Source: Brevundimonas sp. (lineage in GTDB: Bacteria > Pseudomonadota > Alphaproteobacteria > Caulobacterales > Caulobacteraceae). Taken from it: a stretch of DNA of 64,000 nt. The stretch is from the NCBI RefSeq assembly GCF_032017145.1, contig NZ_DALZQC010000004.1, forward strand, positions 494-64,493, read 5' to 3'. The position numbers and the translations under genes were made by a program. The notes under the pieces were generated by a model, which saw only the letters and a list, made by a program, of their open reading frames with translations, ran no database searches and was not told the origin of the DNA. Positions 55,252 through 64,000 of the stretch are shown piece by piece (positions within the stretch are counted from its first letter, which is position 1; each line of letters starts with the position of its first letter).

Positions 55252-57935
55252 CAGAGTAGATCCGGGTGGGTGGCGATGGATTTGGGCAGGCGGATCAGGA
55301 TGCGGGCGCCGCGTTTGCCGTCGGCGTCGTCCTGGATCGGGCTGGCGGCGGCGATGCGGCCGCGCATCGCCTCGACGAAGCCCTTTGCGATGGCCAGGCC
55401 CAGGCCCGCCCCTTTCGCGCGGTCGGTCGGCTCCTCCATGCGGCGGAACTTGTCGAACACCCGTTCCAGCTCGGCGGTCGGGATGCCGTTCCCCTGATCC
55501 TCGATGGAGATGACGACGGCGCCGCGATCCTCATAGGCCGCCAGTTCGATGGTGGTGTCATCGGGACTGTAGGCGATGGCGTTCTCAAGAATATTGACCA
55601 CCGCCTGTTCCAGCAGGCCCGGATCGGCCTCGACCAGACTGAGCTGGGCCGGAAAGTCGCGCGTGACTCTGCGCCGGCTCAGGCGGCGCGACACCCGGTC
55701 GGCGGCCGCATTCAGGATGTCGCGCACATCGGTCCAGTCGGTGCGGACGTTCAGCCCCCCGCCATCCAGCCGCGTCATGTCCAGCAGATCCCCGACATAG
55801 CGCGACAGACGTTCGGCCTCTTCGCGGATGCTGAGCAGCAGGTCTTCGCGGACCTCGGGCTTCAGGGTCGCGCCATAGTCGATCAGGGTCGTCGCCGAGC
55901 CCAGGACGGTGGACAGGGGGGTGCGCAGATCGTGGCTGACCGAGTTCATCAGGGCGGCGCGGAAACGATCGGCGCGGCGCAGGGTCTCGGTCTCCAGCGC
56001 CTGACCTGCCAGATCGGCCCGCTCCAGCGCCACGGCGCCCTGGTCCAGCAGGGCCATGGCCAGACGTTCCTCGTCCGAGCCCGCCGCCACGGCGGACGCA
56101 TCTATGCCCGCCACGCCCGCCCGGGCGCGCACGCCCTGAAGAGGCTGAAACCGCCAACAGGTCTGCGGCAGGGTGCCGGTGCCGTGGCCCGCGACCTCGC
56201 CGTGGGTCCAGGCCCAGCGGGCGGCGGCCATGGCGTCGGGGGCCAGGGTCACGCCGTCGGGGCTGGCTCCGGTCAGAACGATGTCCTCGCCGTCGGGCAG
56301 AAGAACGACGGCGCCCGCGCCGGCGGCGGCCGAGGCCTGTTCGGCCAGGCTGCGGGCCGTGACGGCGCGATCCTGGCCGGCCGACAAGGTCTGGCTGGCG
56401 GCCAGCAGGGCCGAGACGGCGGCGGCACGCCGCTGGGCCGCTCTGGCCTGTTCGCGCACCCGTCCCGCCAGGGCGCCCGTGCCCAGGGCCACGCCCCAGA
56501 ACAGGATAAGGGTCAGGACGTCCGTCGGCGAACCGATCAGGAAGCTGTAGCGCGGCTGGAGGAACAGGAAGTTGTAGGTCAGGAAGGCCAGAGTCGCCGC
56601 CGCCAGAGCGGGCCTGAGCCCGTTCAGCACCCCTGCCGCCACCACCGCCGCCAGATAGATGACGCCCAGATCGACCCGCTCGAACCGGGCGTCCAGCAAG
56701 AGGGCCGCCCCTGTCGCCGCCAGGACGAAGGCCGCGCCGACCGGATAGCCGCGCCAGTCCAGCGCCGCCCGGACACCCGACCGTGTCGCCGGTTCGGGCG
56801 CGGTCAGGTCGCCCTCGGTCACGACGTGGACGGCGACCCCTTGCGCCTTGCGCAGCAGTTCGGTCGCCAGCGCCCGGCCGGTCCATTCGCTGAACCGCCC
56901 GCCGCGCGTTTTGCCGATGACGATCTGGGTGACGTTGTTGCGATGCGCGTGATCCAGCACGGCGCGCACCACATCGTCGCCGCTGATGGTCACGGGCCGC
57001 CCGCCCAGTTGCTCCGCCAGCTTGAAGGCCTCAGACAGCCGCTCCGCCGACCGGGCGTCGGCGCGCGATCCGCTGGGTCGTTCGACGTGGGCCACGGACC
57101 AAGGGGCGTCCATCATCATGTCCGACATCCGCCGCCCGGTCCGCACCAGGGAAGCGGTCATGGCGTCCCCGCCGACCAGCACCAGGATGCGCTCGTTCGC
57201 CGCCCACGGCCCCGACACGCCCCGCTCGCGCAGATGCGACAGCAGTTGGTCGTCCACTGTCTGGGCCGCCCGGCGCAGAGCCAGTTCGCGCAGGGCCGTC
57301 AGGTTCTCGATCCTGAAGAAGTTCTCCGACGCCACGCGCGCCGTCTCAGGCACATAGACCTTGCCCTCGGCCAGGCGCGCCCGCAGATCCTCAGGCGTGA
57401 TGTCGATGAACTCGATGTCGTCGGCTCCGGTGAGGACGCTGTCGGGCACGGCCTCGCGCTGGCGAACGCCGGTGATGCGCAGGATGACGTCGGACAGGCT
57501 TTCCAGATGCTGGATGTTCAGCGTCGTCCAGACGTCGATCCCAGCGTCGCGCAGTTCCTCCACGTCCTGCCACCGCTTGGGATGGCGCGAACCGGGCGCG
57601 TTGGAATGGGCGTATTCGTCGACCAGCAGCAGTTCGGGCCGCCGCGCGAGAGCGCCGTCCAGATCGAACTCCATCAGGGCGCGGTCGCGGTGTTCGATGG
57701 GTGCGCGGGGCATGACGTCCAGCCCGCGCAGCAGGCTCATCGTCTCCTTGCGGCCGTGGGTCTCGACCACGCCGACGACGACATCCAGCCCCTCGGCCTT
57801 TCGGCGGCGCGCGGCGCGCAGCATCTCATAGGTTTTGCCCACGCCGGGCGACATGCCCAGAAACACCTTCAGCCGCCCGCGCTTGCGGCGCGGAACGGCT
57901 GAAGTCGCGGGCGTTTCAGGCGCCGGTTCGGGCAA
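55251..57935 (-). CDS. kdpD: sensor histidine kinase KdpD
   Basis: N-terminal KdpD domain (GMSPGVGKTYEM), USP domain, 4 TM helices, H-box SHDLRTPL, ATPase domain. The only in-frame start preserving the N-domain is TTG 57935. Confidence 0.9.
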   Translation of the reverse strand: MPEPAPETPATSAVPRRKRGRLKVFLGMSPGVGKTYEMLRAARRRKAEGLDVVVGVVETHGRKETMSLLRGLDVMPRAPIEHRDRALMEFDLDGALARRPELLLVDEYAHSNAPGSRHPKRWQDVEELRDAGIDVWTTLNIQHLESLSDVILRITGVRQREAVPDSVLTGADDIEFIDITPEDLRARLAEGKVYVPETARVASENFFRIENLTALRELALRRAAQTVDDQLLSHLRERGVSGPWAANERILVLVGGDAMTASLVRTGRRMSDMMMDAPWSVAHVERPSGSRADARSAERLSEAFKLAEQLGGRPVTISGDDVVRAVLDHAHRNNVTQIVIGKTRGGRFSEWTGRALATELLRKAQGVAVHVVTEGDLTAPEPATRSGVRAALDWRGYPVGAAFVLAATGAALLLDARFERVDLGVIYLAAVVAAGVLNGLRPALAAATLAFLTYNFLFLQPRYSFLIGSPTDVLTLILFWGVALGTGALAGRVREQARAAQRRAAAVSALLAASQTLSAGQDRAVTARSLAEQASAAAGAGAVVLLPDGEDIVLTGASPDGVTLAPDAMAAARWAWTHGEVAGHGTGTLPQTCWRFQPLQGVRARAGVAGIDASAVAAGSDEERLAMALLDQGAVALERADLAGQALETETLRRADRFRAALMNSVSHDLRTPLSTVLGSATTLIDYGATLKPEVREDLLLSIREEAERLSRYVGDLLDMTRLDGGGLNVRTDWTDVRDILNAAADRVSRRLSRRRVTRDFPAQLSLVEADPGLLEQAVVNILENAIAYSPDDTTIELAAYEDRGAVVISIEDQGNGIPTAELERVFDKFRRMEEPTDRAKGAGLGLAIAKGFVEAMRGRIAAASPIQDDADGKRGARILIRLPKSIATHPDLL

Positions 57936-58514
57936 TCAGCCCTCCGCCCCGAAACGGGCGTCCAGCGCGCGGTTGGTCATCAGGACATTGACGTGCGGCT
58001 GGCCGATGAAGCCCAGGAAGGCCCCCTCGATGTGCGCGTCGATGATGCCCTGGACCTGGTGCACGGGAACGCCTCTGGCGCGGGCGATCCGCGCGGCCTG
58101 GAGCCGAGCGTAGGCCGGGGACACGTCCGGGTCGAGGCCCGAACCCGAGGTCGTCACCGCATCGGCGGGGATGATCCCCGGACCGTCCTCGGCGCGGATC
58201 GCCCTGGCGCTTTCGGCGACGCGGACGGCCAGGTCCGGGTTCAGCGGTCCCAGGTTCGAGCCGGACGAGGCGGCGGCGTCATAGCCCTTGCCCGCCGCCG
58301 AGGGACGGGGGTGCAGATAGGTGGCGCCCGCGAAGGGCTGACCGATCAAGGCCGAGCCGACGACCTGGCCTCGGGCGTCTCGCACCAGGCTGCCTTCGGC
58401 CTGATTGGGGAAGACGGCCTGCGCGATCCCGGTGACGGCCAGCGGATAGGCCAGGCCCAGCAGCAGGGTGAACAGGGCCATCATGACGACGGCCGGGCGA
58501 AGTTGATTGACCAT
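57936..58514 (-). CDS. kdpC: K+-transporting ATPase subunit KdpC
   Basis: 192 aa; single N-terminal TM; SGSNLGP and SGSGLDP motifs. Confidence 0.9.
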   Translation of the reverse strand: MVNQLRPAVVMMALFTLLLGLAYPLAVTGIAQAVFPNQAEGSLVRDARGQVVGSALIGQPFAGATYLHPRPSAAGKGYDAAASSGSNLGPLNPDLAVRVAESARAIRAEDGPGIIPADAVTTSGSGLDPDVSPAYARLQAARIARARGVPVHQVQGIIDAHIEGAFLGFIGQPHVNVLMTNRALDARFGAEG

Positions 58515-58524
58515 GATCGTCGCC

Positions 58525-59241
58525 TCAGAAGGCGGCTTTCAGCGTGGCTGCGGCGCGCGCGCCATAGCCGTCGGCGAAGCCGTGCTGATCGGTGTCGTGA
58601 TAGCGTACATCCAGCGCCAGATTGCGGGTCAGCTGATAGGCCGCGCCCAGGTTCCAGGTCGTATAGTCCAGGTCCGAAGACAGCCACTGACGACCGACCG
58701 CGCCGGATATCGTCCACTTGTCGGCGGGGCGGACGGCGCCGTTGATCTCGGCATAGGTCGCCTGATCCTCGGCCACCCCGAAGAAGTCCGGCGAATAATA
58801 GACGGCGGCGCCCACGGTTGCGGGGCCGGCGGTGCGCGATGCGGCGGCCTTCAACTCGACATAGTCATAGTCCGCGCCCTCGGGCTGGCCGGGGTAGAGA
58901 TAGCCGACCAGGCCGAAGTCCAGCGCATAGCCGGCGACCTCGGGACGATATCCGGCGTAGAGATCGACCTCTGCGTCCGTGCTGTCGCCGAAATCGACGT
59001 TGGAGGCCCAGGCGCCGGCGTAGAATCGTTCGTTCGTCAGATCGACGCCCGCCGATATCGCGGGCCTTTCCCGGGTCTGGCTGACGCCGCGGAAAACGTA
59101 GTCGGAGGTGACGGCGACGTTTGCCGACATGTCCTGCGCCCTGGCTTCGCTGCACAGGCCAAGGCCGGAAAGGACCAGGATGCAGGCGGCGACGAACCAG
59201 GCGTCGTTGCGGCCCGAGGCCTTGGAGAGAGATTTACGCAT
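58525..59241 (-). CDS. TorF-family (TIGR02001-like) outer-membrane beta-barrel porin
   Basis: Signal peptide; TSDYVFRGVSQT start motif; alternating beta-strand pattern; terminal ...ATLKAAF. ATG 59241 has SD AAGGA; ATG 59265 (TGATG with the kdpB stop) is also possible. Confidence 0.7.
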   Translation of the reverse strand: MRKSLSKASGRNDAWFVAACILVLSGLGLCSEARAQDMSANVAVTSDYVFRGVSQTRERPAISAGVDLTNERFYAGAWASNVDFGDSTDAEVDLYAGYRPEVAGYALDFGLVGYLYPGQPEGADYDYVELKAAASRTAGPATVGAAVYYSPDFFGVAEDQATYAEINGAVRPADKWTISGAVGRQWLSSDLDYTTWNLGAAYQLTRNLALDVRYHDTDQHGFADGYGARAAATLKAAF

Positions 59242-59264
59242 GAGGATGTCCTTGGAAACGCGCA

Positions 59265-61331
59265 TCAGGCCAGGCCGAGCGCGGAGATGATAAGGTCGAT
59301 CAGCTTGATGCCGACGAAGGGCGCGATCAGGCCGCCCAGGCCGTAGATCAGCAGGTTGCGACCCAGCAGGGCGCCGGCGCCGATAGCCCGGTATCTGACG
59401 CCCTTCAGCGCCAGCGGGATCAGGGCGACGATGACCAGGGCGTTGAAGATGACCGCCGACAGGATGGCGCTCTCGGGGCTGTGCAGCCGCATGATGTTCA
59501 GCGCGCCCAGCGACGGCAGGGCCACGACGAACATCGCCGGAATGATGGCGAAATATTTGGCCACGTCGTTGGCGACCGAGAAGGTGGTCAGGGCGCCGCG
59601 CGTGATCAGCAGTTGCTTGCCGACCTCGACGATCTCGATGACCTTGGTCGGGTCGCTGTCCAGATCGACCATATTGCCGGCCTCGCGCGCAGCCTGGGCC
59701 CCGGTCTGCATGGCCACGCCGACATCGGCCTGAGCCAGGGCGGGGGCGTCATTGGCGCCGTCGCCGCACATGGCGACCAGACGGCCCTTTGCCTGTTCGG
59801 CCTTGATCAGGCGCATCTTGTCCTCGGGCGTGGCCTCCGCCAAGAAGTCGTCCACCCCGGCTTCCGAAGCGATGGCCGCCGCCGTGACCGGATTGTCGCC
59901 GGTGATCATGATGGTGCGCAGCCCCATCCGGCGCAGGTCGGCGAAACGCGCCTTCACCCCCGGTTTGACCACGTCCTTCAGGTGGATGACGCCGACCAGG
60001 GTGCCGTTCTGTGTGACGGCCAGGGGCGTGCCGCCCGAGCGGGCGATCCGGTCCACCGCCTGACGGAACTCGGCCGGAGCGGCGCCGTCGGTCAGGTTCA
60101 GATCCTTCAGCACCGCATCGACCGCCCCTTTCCTCCAACTGTCCTCGCTGACGTCCAGGCCCGACTGACGGGTGACGGCGGTGAAGGGGATGGCGACGGC
60201 GCCGACCGGCTGATCGACAGAGACGCCCACATTGCGGCCCAGTTCGACGATGGAGCGGCCTTCCGGCGTCTCGTCGGCCAGGGACGCCATGACGGCGGCG
60301 GCCAGGGCGGCCTCGGGACGGACGCCCGGAACCGGAATGACCTCGGTCGCCATGCGGTTGCCGAAGGTGATGGTGCCGGTCTTGTCGAGCAGCAGGGTGT
60401 CCACGTCGCCCGCCGCCTCAACCGCGCGGCCCGAAGTCGCCAGGACGTTCACCTTCAACAGCCGGTCCATGCCCGCGATGCCGACGGCGGACAGCAGCCC
60501 CCCGATCGTGGTCGGGATCAGGGTGATGAACAGGGCGCCCAGGACCATCGGGTCCAGATCGACGCCCGAATAGGCGCCCAGGCCCACCAGGGTCACGACC
60601 GCGATCAGGAAGATCACGGTCAGGCCGGCCAGCAGCACGGCCAGGGCCAGTTCGTTCGGCGTCTTCCTGCGATCCGCGCCCTCGACCATGGCGATCATGC
60701 GGTCCAGGAAGGTCGAGCCGGGCTTTGCGGTGATGCGCACCTTGATCCAGTCCGAGACGACAGTGGTGCCGCCGGTCACGGCCGAGCGGTCGCCGCCGCT
60801 TTCGCGGATCACCGGGGCGCTTTCGCCGGTGATGGCGGCCTCGTTGACCGAGGCGACACCCTCGATGATCTCGCCGTCCGAGGCGATCACATCCCCGGCC
60901 TCGACCAGGATGATCGAGCCGACCTCAAGCTCCGACGCATTGGTCGGGACCACCGTGCCGGTCGCGGGGTCGACGATCAGCTTGGCCTTGGTCGTGACGC
61001 GGGTGGCGCGCAAGGAATTCGCCGCCGCCTTGCCCCGCCCCTCGGCGACGCTCTCGGCGACATTGGCGAACAGGACCGTGGCCCACAGCCACAGGGCCAG
61101 TTGCACCGCAAATCCGGCCGACTGTCCGCCCGCGATGGCCGCCGCCGCCGAGATGGTGGACAGCAGCGCCACGATCCAGGTGGTGAAGATGACCGGGTTC
61201 TTGATCAGTTTGACGGGGTTCAGCTTGACCACCGCATCGCCCACGGCGCGACCGATCATCGCCCCGGAGAGCCCGCCCGCGAGGGGCGACGCACGGCCGC
61301 CCTCGCGGGGATCGAGAGTGAGTTGTGTCAT
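59265..61331 (-). CDS. kdpB: K+-transporting P-type ATPase subunit KdpB
   Basis: [10 protein letters not shown] phosphorylation site, [24 protein letters not shown]. Confidence 0.95.
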   Translation of the reverse strand: MTQLTLDPREGGRASPLAGGLSGAMIGRAVGDAVVKLNPVKLIKNPVIFTTWIVALLSTISAAAAIAGGQSAGFAVQLALWLWATVLFANVAESVAEGRGKAAANSLRATRVTTKAKLIVDPATGTVVPTNASELEVGSIILVEAGDVIASDGEIIEGVASVNEAAITGESAPVIRESGGDRSAVTGGTTVVSDWIKVRITAKPGSTFLDRMIAMVEGADRRKTPNELALAVLLAGLTVIFLIAVVTLVGLGAYSGVDLDPMVLGALFITLIPTTIGGLLSAVGIAGMDRLLKVNVLATSGRAVEAAGDVDTLLLDKTGTITFGNRMATEVIPVPGVRPEAALAAAVMASLADETPEGRSIVELGRNVGVSVDQPVGAVAIPFTAVTRQSGLDVSEDSWRKGAVDAVLKDLNLTDGAAPAEFRQAVDRIARSGGTPLAVTQNGTLVGVIHLKDVVKPGVKARFADLRRMGLRTIMITGDNPVTAAAIASEAGVDDFLAEATPEDKMRLIKAEQAKGRLVAMCGDGANDAPALAQADVGVAMQTGAQAAREAGNMVDLDSDPTKVIEIVEVGKQLLITRGALTTFSVANDVAKYFAIIPAMFVVALPSLGALNIMRLHSPESAILSAVIFNALVIVALIPLALKGVRYRAIGAGALLGRNLLIYGLGGLIAPFVGIKLIDLIISALGLA

Positions 61332-61349
61332 GTCAGGATGTCCGGGGGA

Positions 61350-63059
61350 TCAGGCGCCGGCGACCGCCGCCAGCACCTGGAAGTGCTCTACGATCGGTCC
61401 CAGCGCGAGGGCGGGCAGGAACTGCAGTCCGCCGAGGATGAGGATCACGCCGATCAACAGGCCGATGAACAGGCCGCTGTCGGTGGGCAGGGCGCCGACG
61501 CTGGGCGCCAGCTTGGGCTTGGCGACCAGGCTGCCGGCGATGGCCAGGACGGCGACGGCCGGAATGAACCGCCCGAACAGCATGGCCAGGCCCAGGGTCG
61601 TGTTCCACCACGGCGTATTGGCGCTCAGGCCCGCGAAGGCCGACCCATTGTTCGCCGCCGCCGAGGTGTAGGCGTAAAGCATCTCCGACAGGCCGTGCGG
61701 TCCCTTGTTCAGCAGACCGGCCAGGGCGGTGGGGAAGACGGCCGCGATCGCCGTGAAGCCCAGTATGGCCAGCGGCAGGATCAGCACCGCGATCATGGCG
61801 AACTGGATTTCGCGCGCCTCGATCTTCTTGCCCAGATACTCCGGCGTGCGACCGACCATCAGACCGGCGACGAAGACCGACAGCAGGGCCATGACCACCA
61901 TGATGGCGATGCCCGAGCCGACGCCGCCGGGCAGAATCTCGCCCAACTGCATCAGGAACATCTGCAGCCCGCCGCCCAGGGGCATGAAGCTGGCGTGCAT
62001 GGCGTTGACCGAGCCGTTGGAGGCGCCGGTCGTCACGACGGACCAGACGGTCGAGGCGGGGGCGCCGAAGCGGACCTCCTTGCCTTCCATGTTGACCGAG
62101 GCGTCCACATGGGCCGCGACCAGGGACGGCGGCGCTTGCGTCTCGATCACATACATGGCGGCCGAGGAGACGCTCAGCAGGATCAGCGCCGCCGTCGCCA
62201 GCGCCCTGATGTCGCGTCCCGCCAGCGCCGTGCGGCCAAAGGCGAAGAAGGCGGCCCAGCCCATGACGTTGATCGCCACGGCGGTCAGCAGGTTGGTCAT
62301 GGCGTTCGGGTTCTCGAACGGATGGGCGCCATTGGTGTTGAAGACGCCGCCGCCGTTGATGCCCAGTTGTTTGATCGCCACCTGGCTGGCCGCCGGGAAC
62401 AGCGGCAGGGTCTGCGCCCCGCCCTCGACCCCGACGGCGTGGACATTGGCCGCCAGGCTCTGAACCACGCCCAGCCCCGCCAGGGCGACCGCCAGGATCA
62501 AGGCGGCGGGCAAGAGGACATAGAGGGTGGTCCGTGTCAGATCGGCCCAGAAGTTGCCGACCCCCTCGCCGCGATGGGCCACGAAAGCCCGCGCCAGGGC
62601 GGTGGCGATGGTCGCCCCGGTGGCGGCCGAGACGAAGTTCTGCACCGTCAGGCCGACCATCTGCGTAAAGGTCGACATCGTCGCCTCCCCGCCATAGCTC
62701 TGCCAGTTGGTGTTGGTCACGAAGCTGACGGCGGTGTTGAAGGCCAGGTGCGGCGAGACGCCCGCGAAGCCCTGCGGGTTCATCGGCAGCATGCCCTGCA
62801 GCCGCAGGATCGCATACAGCAGCACAAAGCCCGCCAGGTTGAAGGCCAGCAGCGCCCCGGCATAACCCAGCCACCCTTGGCTGCGCTTCGGATCGACGCC
62901 CGCCGCGCCATAGAAGACGGCCTCCACCGGCTTCAGTACCGGATCGAGCCAGGTCCGTTCGCCGTTCCAGACGCGCGACATGTAAACGCCGATGGGCCAG
63001 CCGAGCAGAACGGCCAGCCCAAGGGTCAGGGCGATCTCGCCCCATCCTTGAATGTTCAT
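61350..63059 (-). CDS. kdpA: K+-transporting ATPase subunit KdpA
   Basis: 569 aa; MNIQGWGEI...; selectivity-filter-like [24 protein letters not shown]. Confidence 0.95.
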   Translation of the reverse strand: MNIQGWGEIALTLGLAVLLGWPIGVYMSRVWNGERTWLDPVLKPVEAVFYGAAGVDPKRSQGWLGYAGALLAFNLAGFVLLYAILRLQGMLPMNPQGFAGVSPHLAFNTAVSFVTNTNWQSYGGEATMSTFTQMVGLTVQNFVSAATGATIATALARAFVAHRGEGVGNFWADLTRTTLYVLLPAALILAVALAGLGVVQSLAANVHAVGVEGGAQTLPLFPAASQVAIKQLGINGGGVFNTNGAHPFENPNAMTNLLTAVAINVMGWAAFFAFGRTALAGRDIRALATAALILLSVSSAAMYVIETQAPPSLVAAHVDASVNMEGKEVRFGAPASTVWSVVTTGASNGSVNAMHASFMPLGGGLQMFLMQLGEILPGGVGSGIAIMVVMALLSVFVAGLMVGRTPEYLGKKIEAREIQFAMIAVLILPLAILGFTAIAAVFPTALAGLLNKGPHGLSEMLYAYTSAAANNGSAFAGLSANTPWWNTTLGLAMLFGRFIPAVAVLAIAGSLVAKPKLAPSVGALPTDSGLFIGLLIGVILILGGLQFLPALALGPIVEHFQVLAAVAGA

Positions 63060-63077
63060 GAGTTTCGTCCCGGTCCG

Positions 63078-63167
63078 TCAGAACCGCTCGGGCCGCAGCA
63101 GGGCCGCGACCATATAGACGGCGACGACCACCGCCCCCGCCCCCCAGAGCATGGCGATCATCGTCAT
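63078..63167 (-). CDS. kdpF: KdpF small subunit (29 aa)
   Basis: Hand translation gives MTMIAMLWGAGAVVVAVYMVAALLRPERF, with the canonical YxxxALLRPERF ending; 18 bp upstream of kdpA. Too short for the ORF track. Confidence 0.7.
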   Translation of the reverse strand: MTMIAMLWGAGAVVVAVYMVAALLRPERF

Positions 63168-63247
63168 ACCCGTTTCAACGCAACGGCCAGTGCCGCAAAG
63201 ACGATGAACGCCCCTGCCCCTGTCGCCAGAAAGATCACATCGGCCAA
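63164..63247 (-). CDS. candidate 27-aa hydrophobic mini-protein preceding kdpF
   Basis: Hand translation gives (TTG)M-ADVIFLATGAGAFIVFAALAVALKRV. GAGGAGG (63253-63259) lies 5 nt upstream of the TTG. Its stop overlaps the kdpF ATG as ATGA. Confidence 0.35.
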   Translation of the reverse strand: MADVIFLATGAGAFIVFAALAVALKRV

Positions 63248-63326
63248 GCCGGCCTCCTCACGCTCAGATGAAGCGTGAAGAGATCATGGGCGGCCGTAAC
63301 GGGGCGATGTGGATTCCCCGCCTCGG

Positions 63327-63343
63327 CGTAAAGGAAACATAAA
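63327..63343 (-). promoter_or_regulatory. KdpE-box-like direct repeat TTTATG-N5-TTTACG
   Basis: Minus strand reads TTTATGTTTCCTTTACG. Same half-site/spacing layout as the E. coli kdpFABC KdpE site TTTATA-N5-TTTACA (recollection). Lies about 80 nt upstream of the first kdp ORF. Confidence 0.5.
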
Positions 63344-63612
63344 AGCCGGGGGTGCAGGCCCCGCCTTGCACCGACCTCAAGCGATCCGAAAGCGGTTCGG
63401 AGAATGCGATGGCCGCATGGCGCTTGACGCCCAGCATGCCGACCGCCTTGCTCCGTCTATGACCAGACCGGCAAGCAGCCCCACGGCGGCGGCGAATAGA
63501 TGTTCAGAACAGCTTCGGCTGGATGGACGGCGTCGCCCGCATTCCAACGGGGCGCTGTCGGCCCTTGTCGCGCCGCCGCCCGAGGGGATCCGGGCGGCGG
63601 CGCGCTGCGGCG

Positions 63613-64000
63613 TCAGAAGCTGTAACGCAGCCCCACGCCGTAGGTCGCCGGCGCGCCGACCAGACGCGATGCGCCGTTCAGCTCCGGGAAATAGACCTCG
63701 TCGGTGATGTTGCGGCCATAGGCATAGACCGACCAGTTCGCCGCCGTCTCCAGCTCGACCCTGGCGTTCAACAGGGTGTAGGCCTTGGCCGTATTGCCCG
63801 GCGTCGCATTCAGGCGATTGGATTCCTCGCCGTGATGCGAAACGGACAGGCGCGAATCCAGCCGCCATCCGTTGTCCAGAACCAGACCATGCTTCAGCGC
63901 CAGGGTCGCCGTCACGTCCGGCGCGCCCGGCAGCGGATCGCCGACCGTTTGCAGCACCTCGGCGACGCGGGCCGAGCTGAACGACAGGATTTCGGTGTCC
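63613..64000 (-). CDS. TonB-dependent receptor, C-terminal fragment (5' end outside window)
   Basis: Frame open to window edge; ends ...TYGVGLRYSF, a typical TBDR terminal strand. Confidence 0.75.
   Translation of the reverse strand, partial: DTEILSFSSARVAEVLQTVGDPLPGAPDVTATLALKHGLVLDNGWRLDSRLSVSHHGEESNRLNATPGNTAKAYTLLNARVELETAANWSVYAYGRNITDEVYFPELNGASRLVGAPATYGVGLRYSF

Overview
High-GC (alphaproteobacterial, probably Caulobacterales-like; taxon is an unverified inference) chromosomal segment, densely coding, with no rRNA, tRNA or CRISPR. Main blocks in order are listed here. (1) 1-6.3 kb: EEP fragment, ArsC-family gene, a lower-GC orphan gene followed by a repeat-rich non-coding stretch, a TonB-dependent receptor and a sugar ABC ATPase. 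(2) 6.45-14.15 kb: a ~7.7-kb lower-GC integrative island (serine recombinase, sigma-70 region-4-only mini-protein, Tat-signal orphan, XRE regulator, chrA, DUF6118-like gene, tyrosine integrase with a relaxase-like tail). It appears inserted into a REP hairpin and is flanked by a 9-bp direct repeat. (3) 14.15-26.3 kb: a minus-strand glycan-utilisation locus, tentatively beta-1,2-glucan (LacI regulator, TonB-dependent receptor, GH144-like enzyme, SBP, two permeases, uncharacterised 1070-aa discoidin-domain protein). (4) 26.6-32.4 kb: valine catabolism (mmsA, acyl-CoA dehydrogenase, HIBCH, mmsB, LysR). (5) 32.5-43.2 kb: copper module (MerR/CueR-like, Grx-MauE fusion, copA, copB) next to an alternative haem-copper oxidase cluster. 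(6) 43.3-46.3 kb: a cobalamin-riboswitch-controlled mesX-mesD-flavin reductase operon (folate-independent methionine synthase). (7) 46.4-54.6 kb: methylcitrate cycle (ScfR/PrpR-type regulator, prpF, acnD, thioesterase, prpC, prpB). (8) 54.6-63.3 kb: kdp operon (mini-ORF, kdpF, kdpA, kdpB, TorF-like porin, kdpC, kdpD, kdpE), then a partial TonB-dependent receptor. No clear defence or entirely new multi-gene system is visible. The most notable items are the REP-targeted island, the riboswitch-mesXD-flavin reductase operon, the porin and extra mini-peptide in kdp, the orphan 1070-aa glycan protein and the sigma-4-only/Tat-protein pair. All family assignments come from motif recognition by eye, not database searches.
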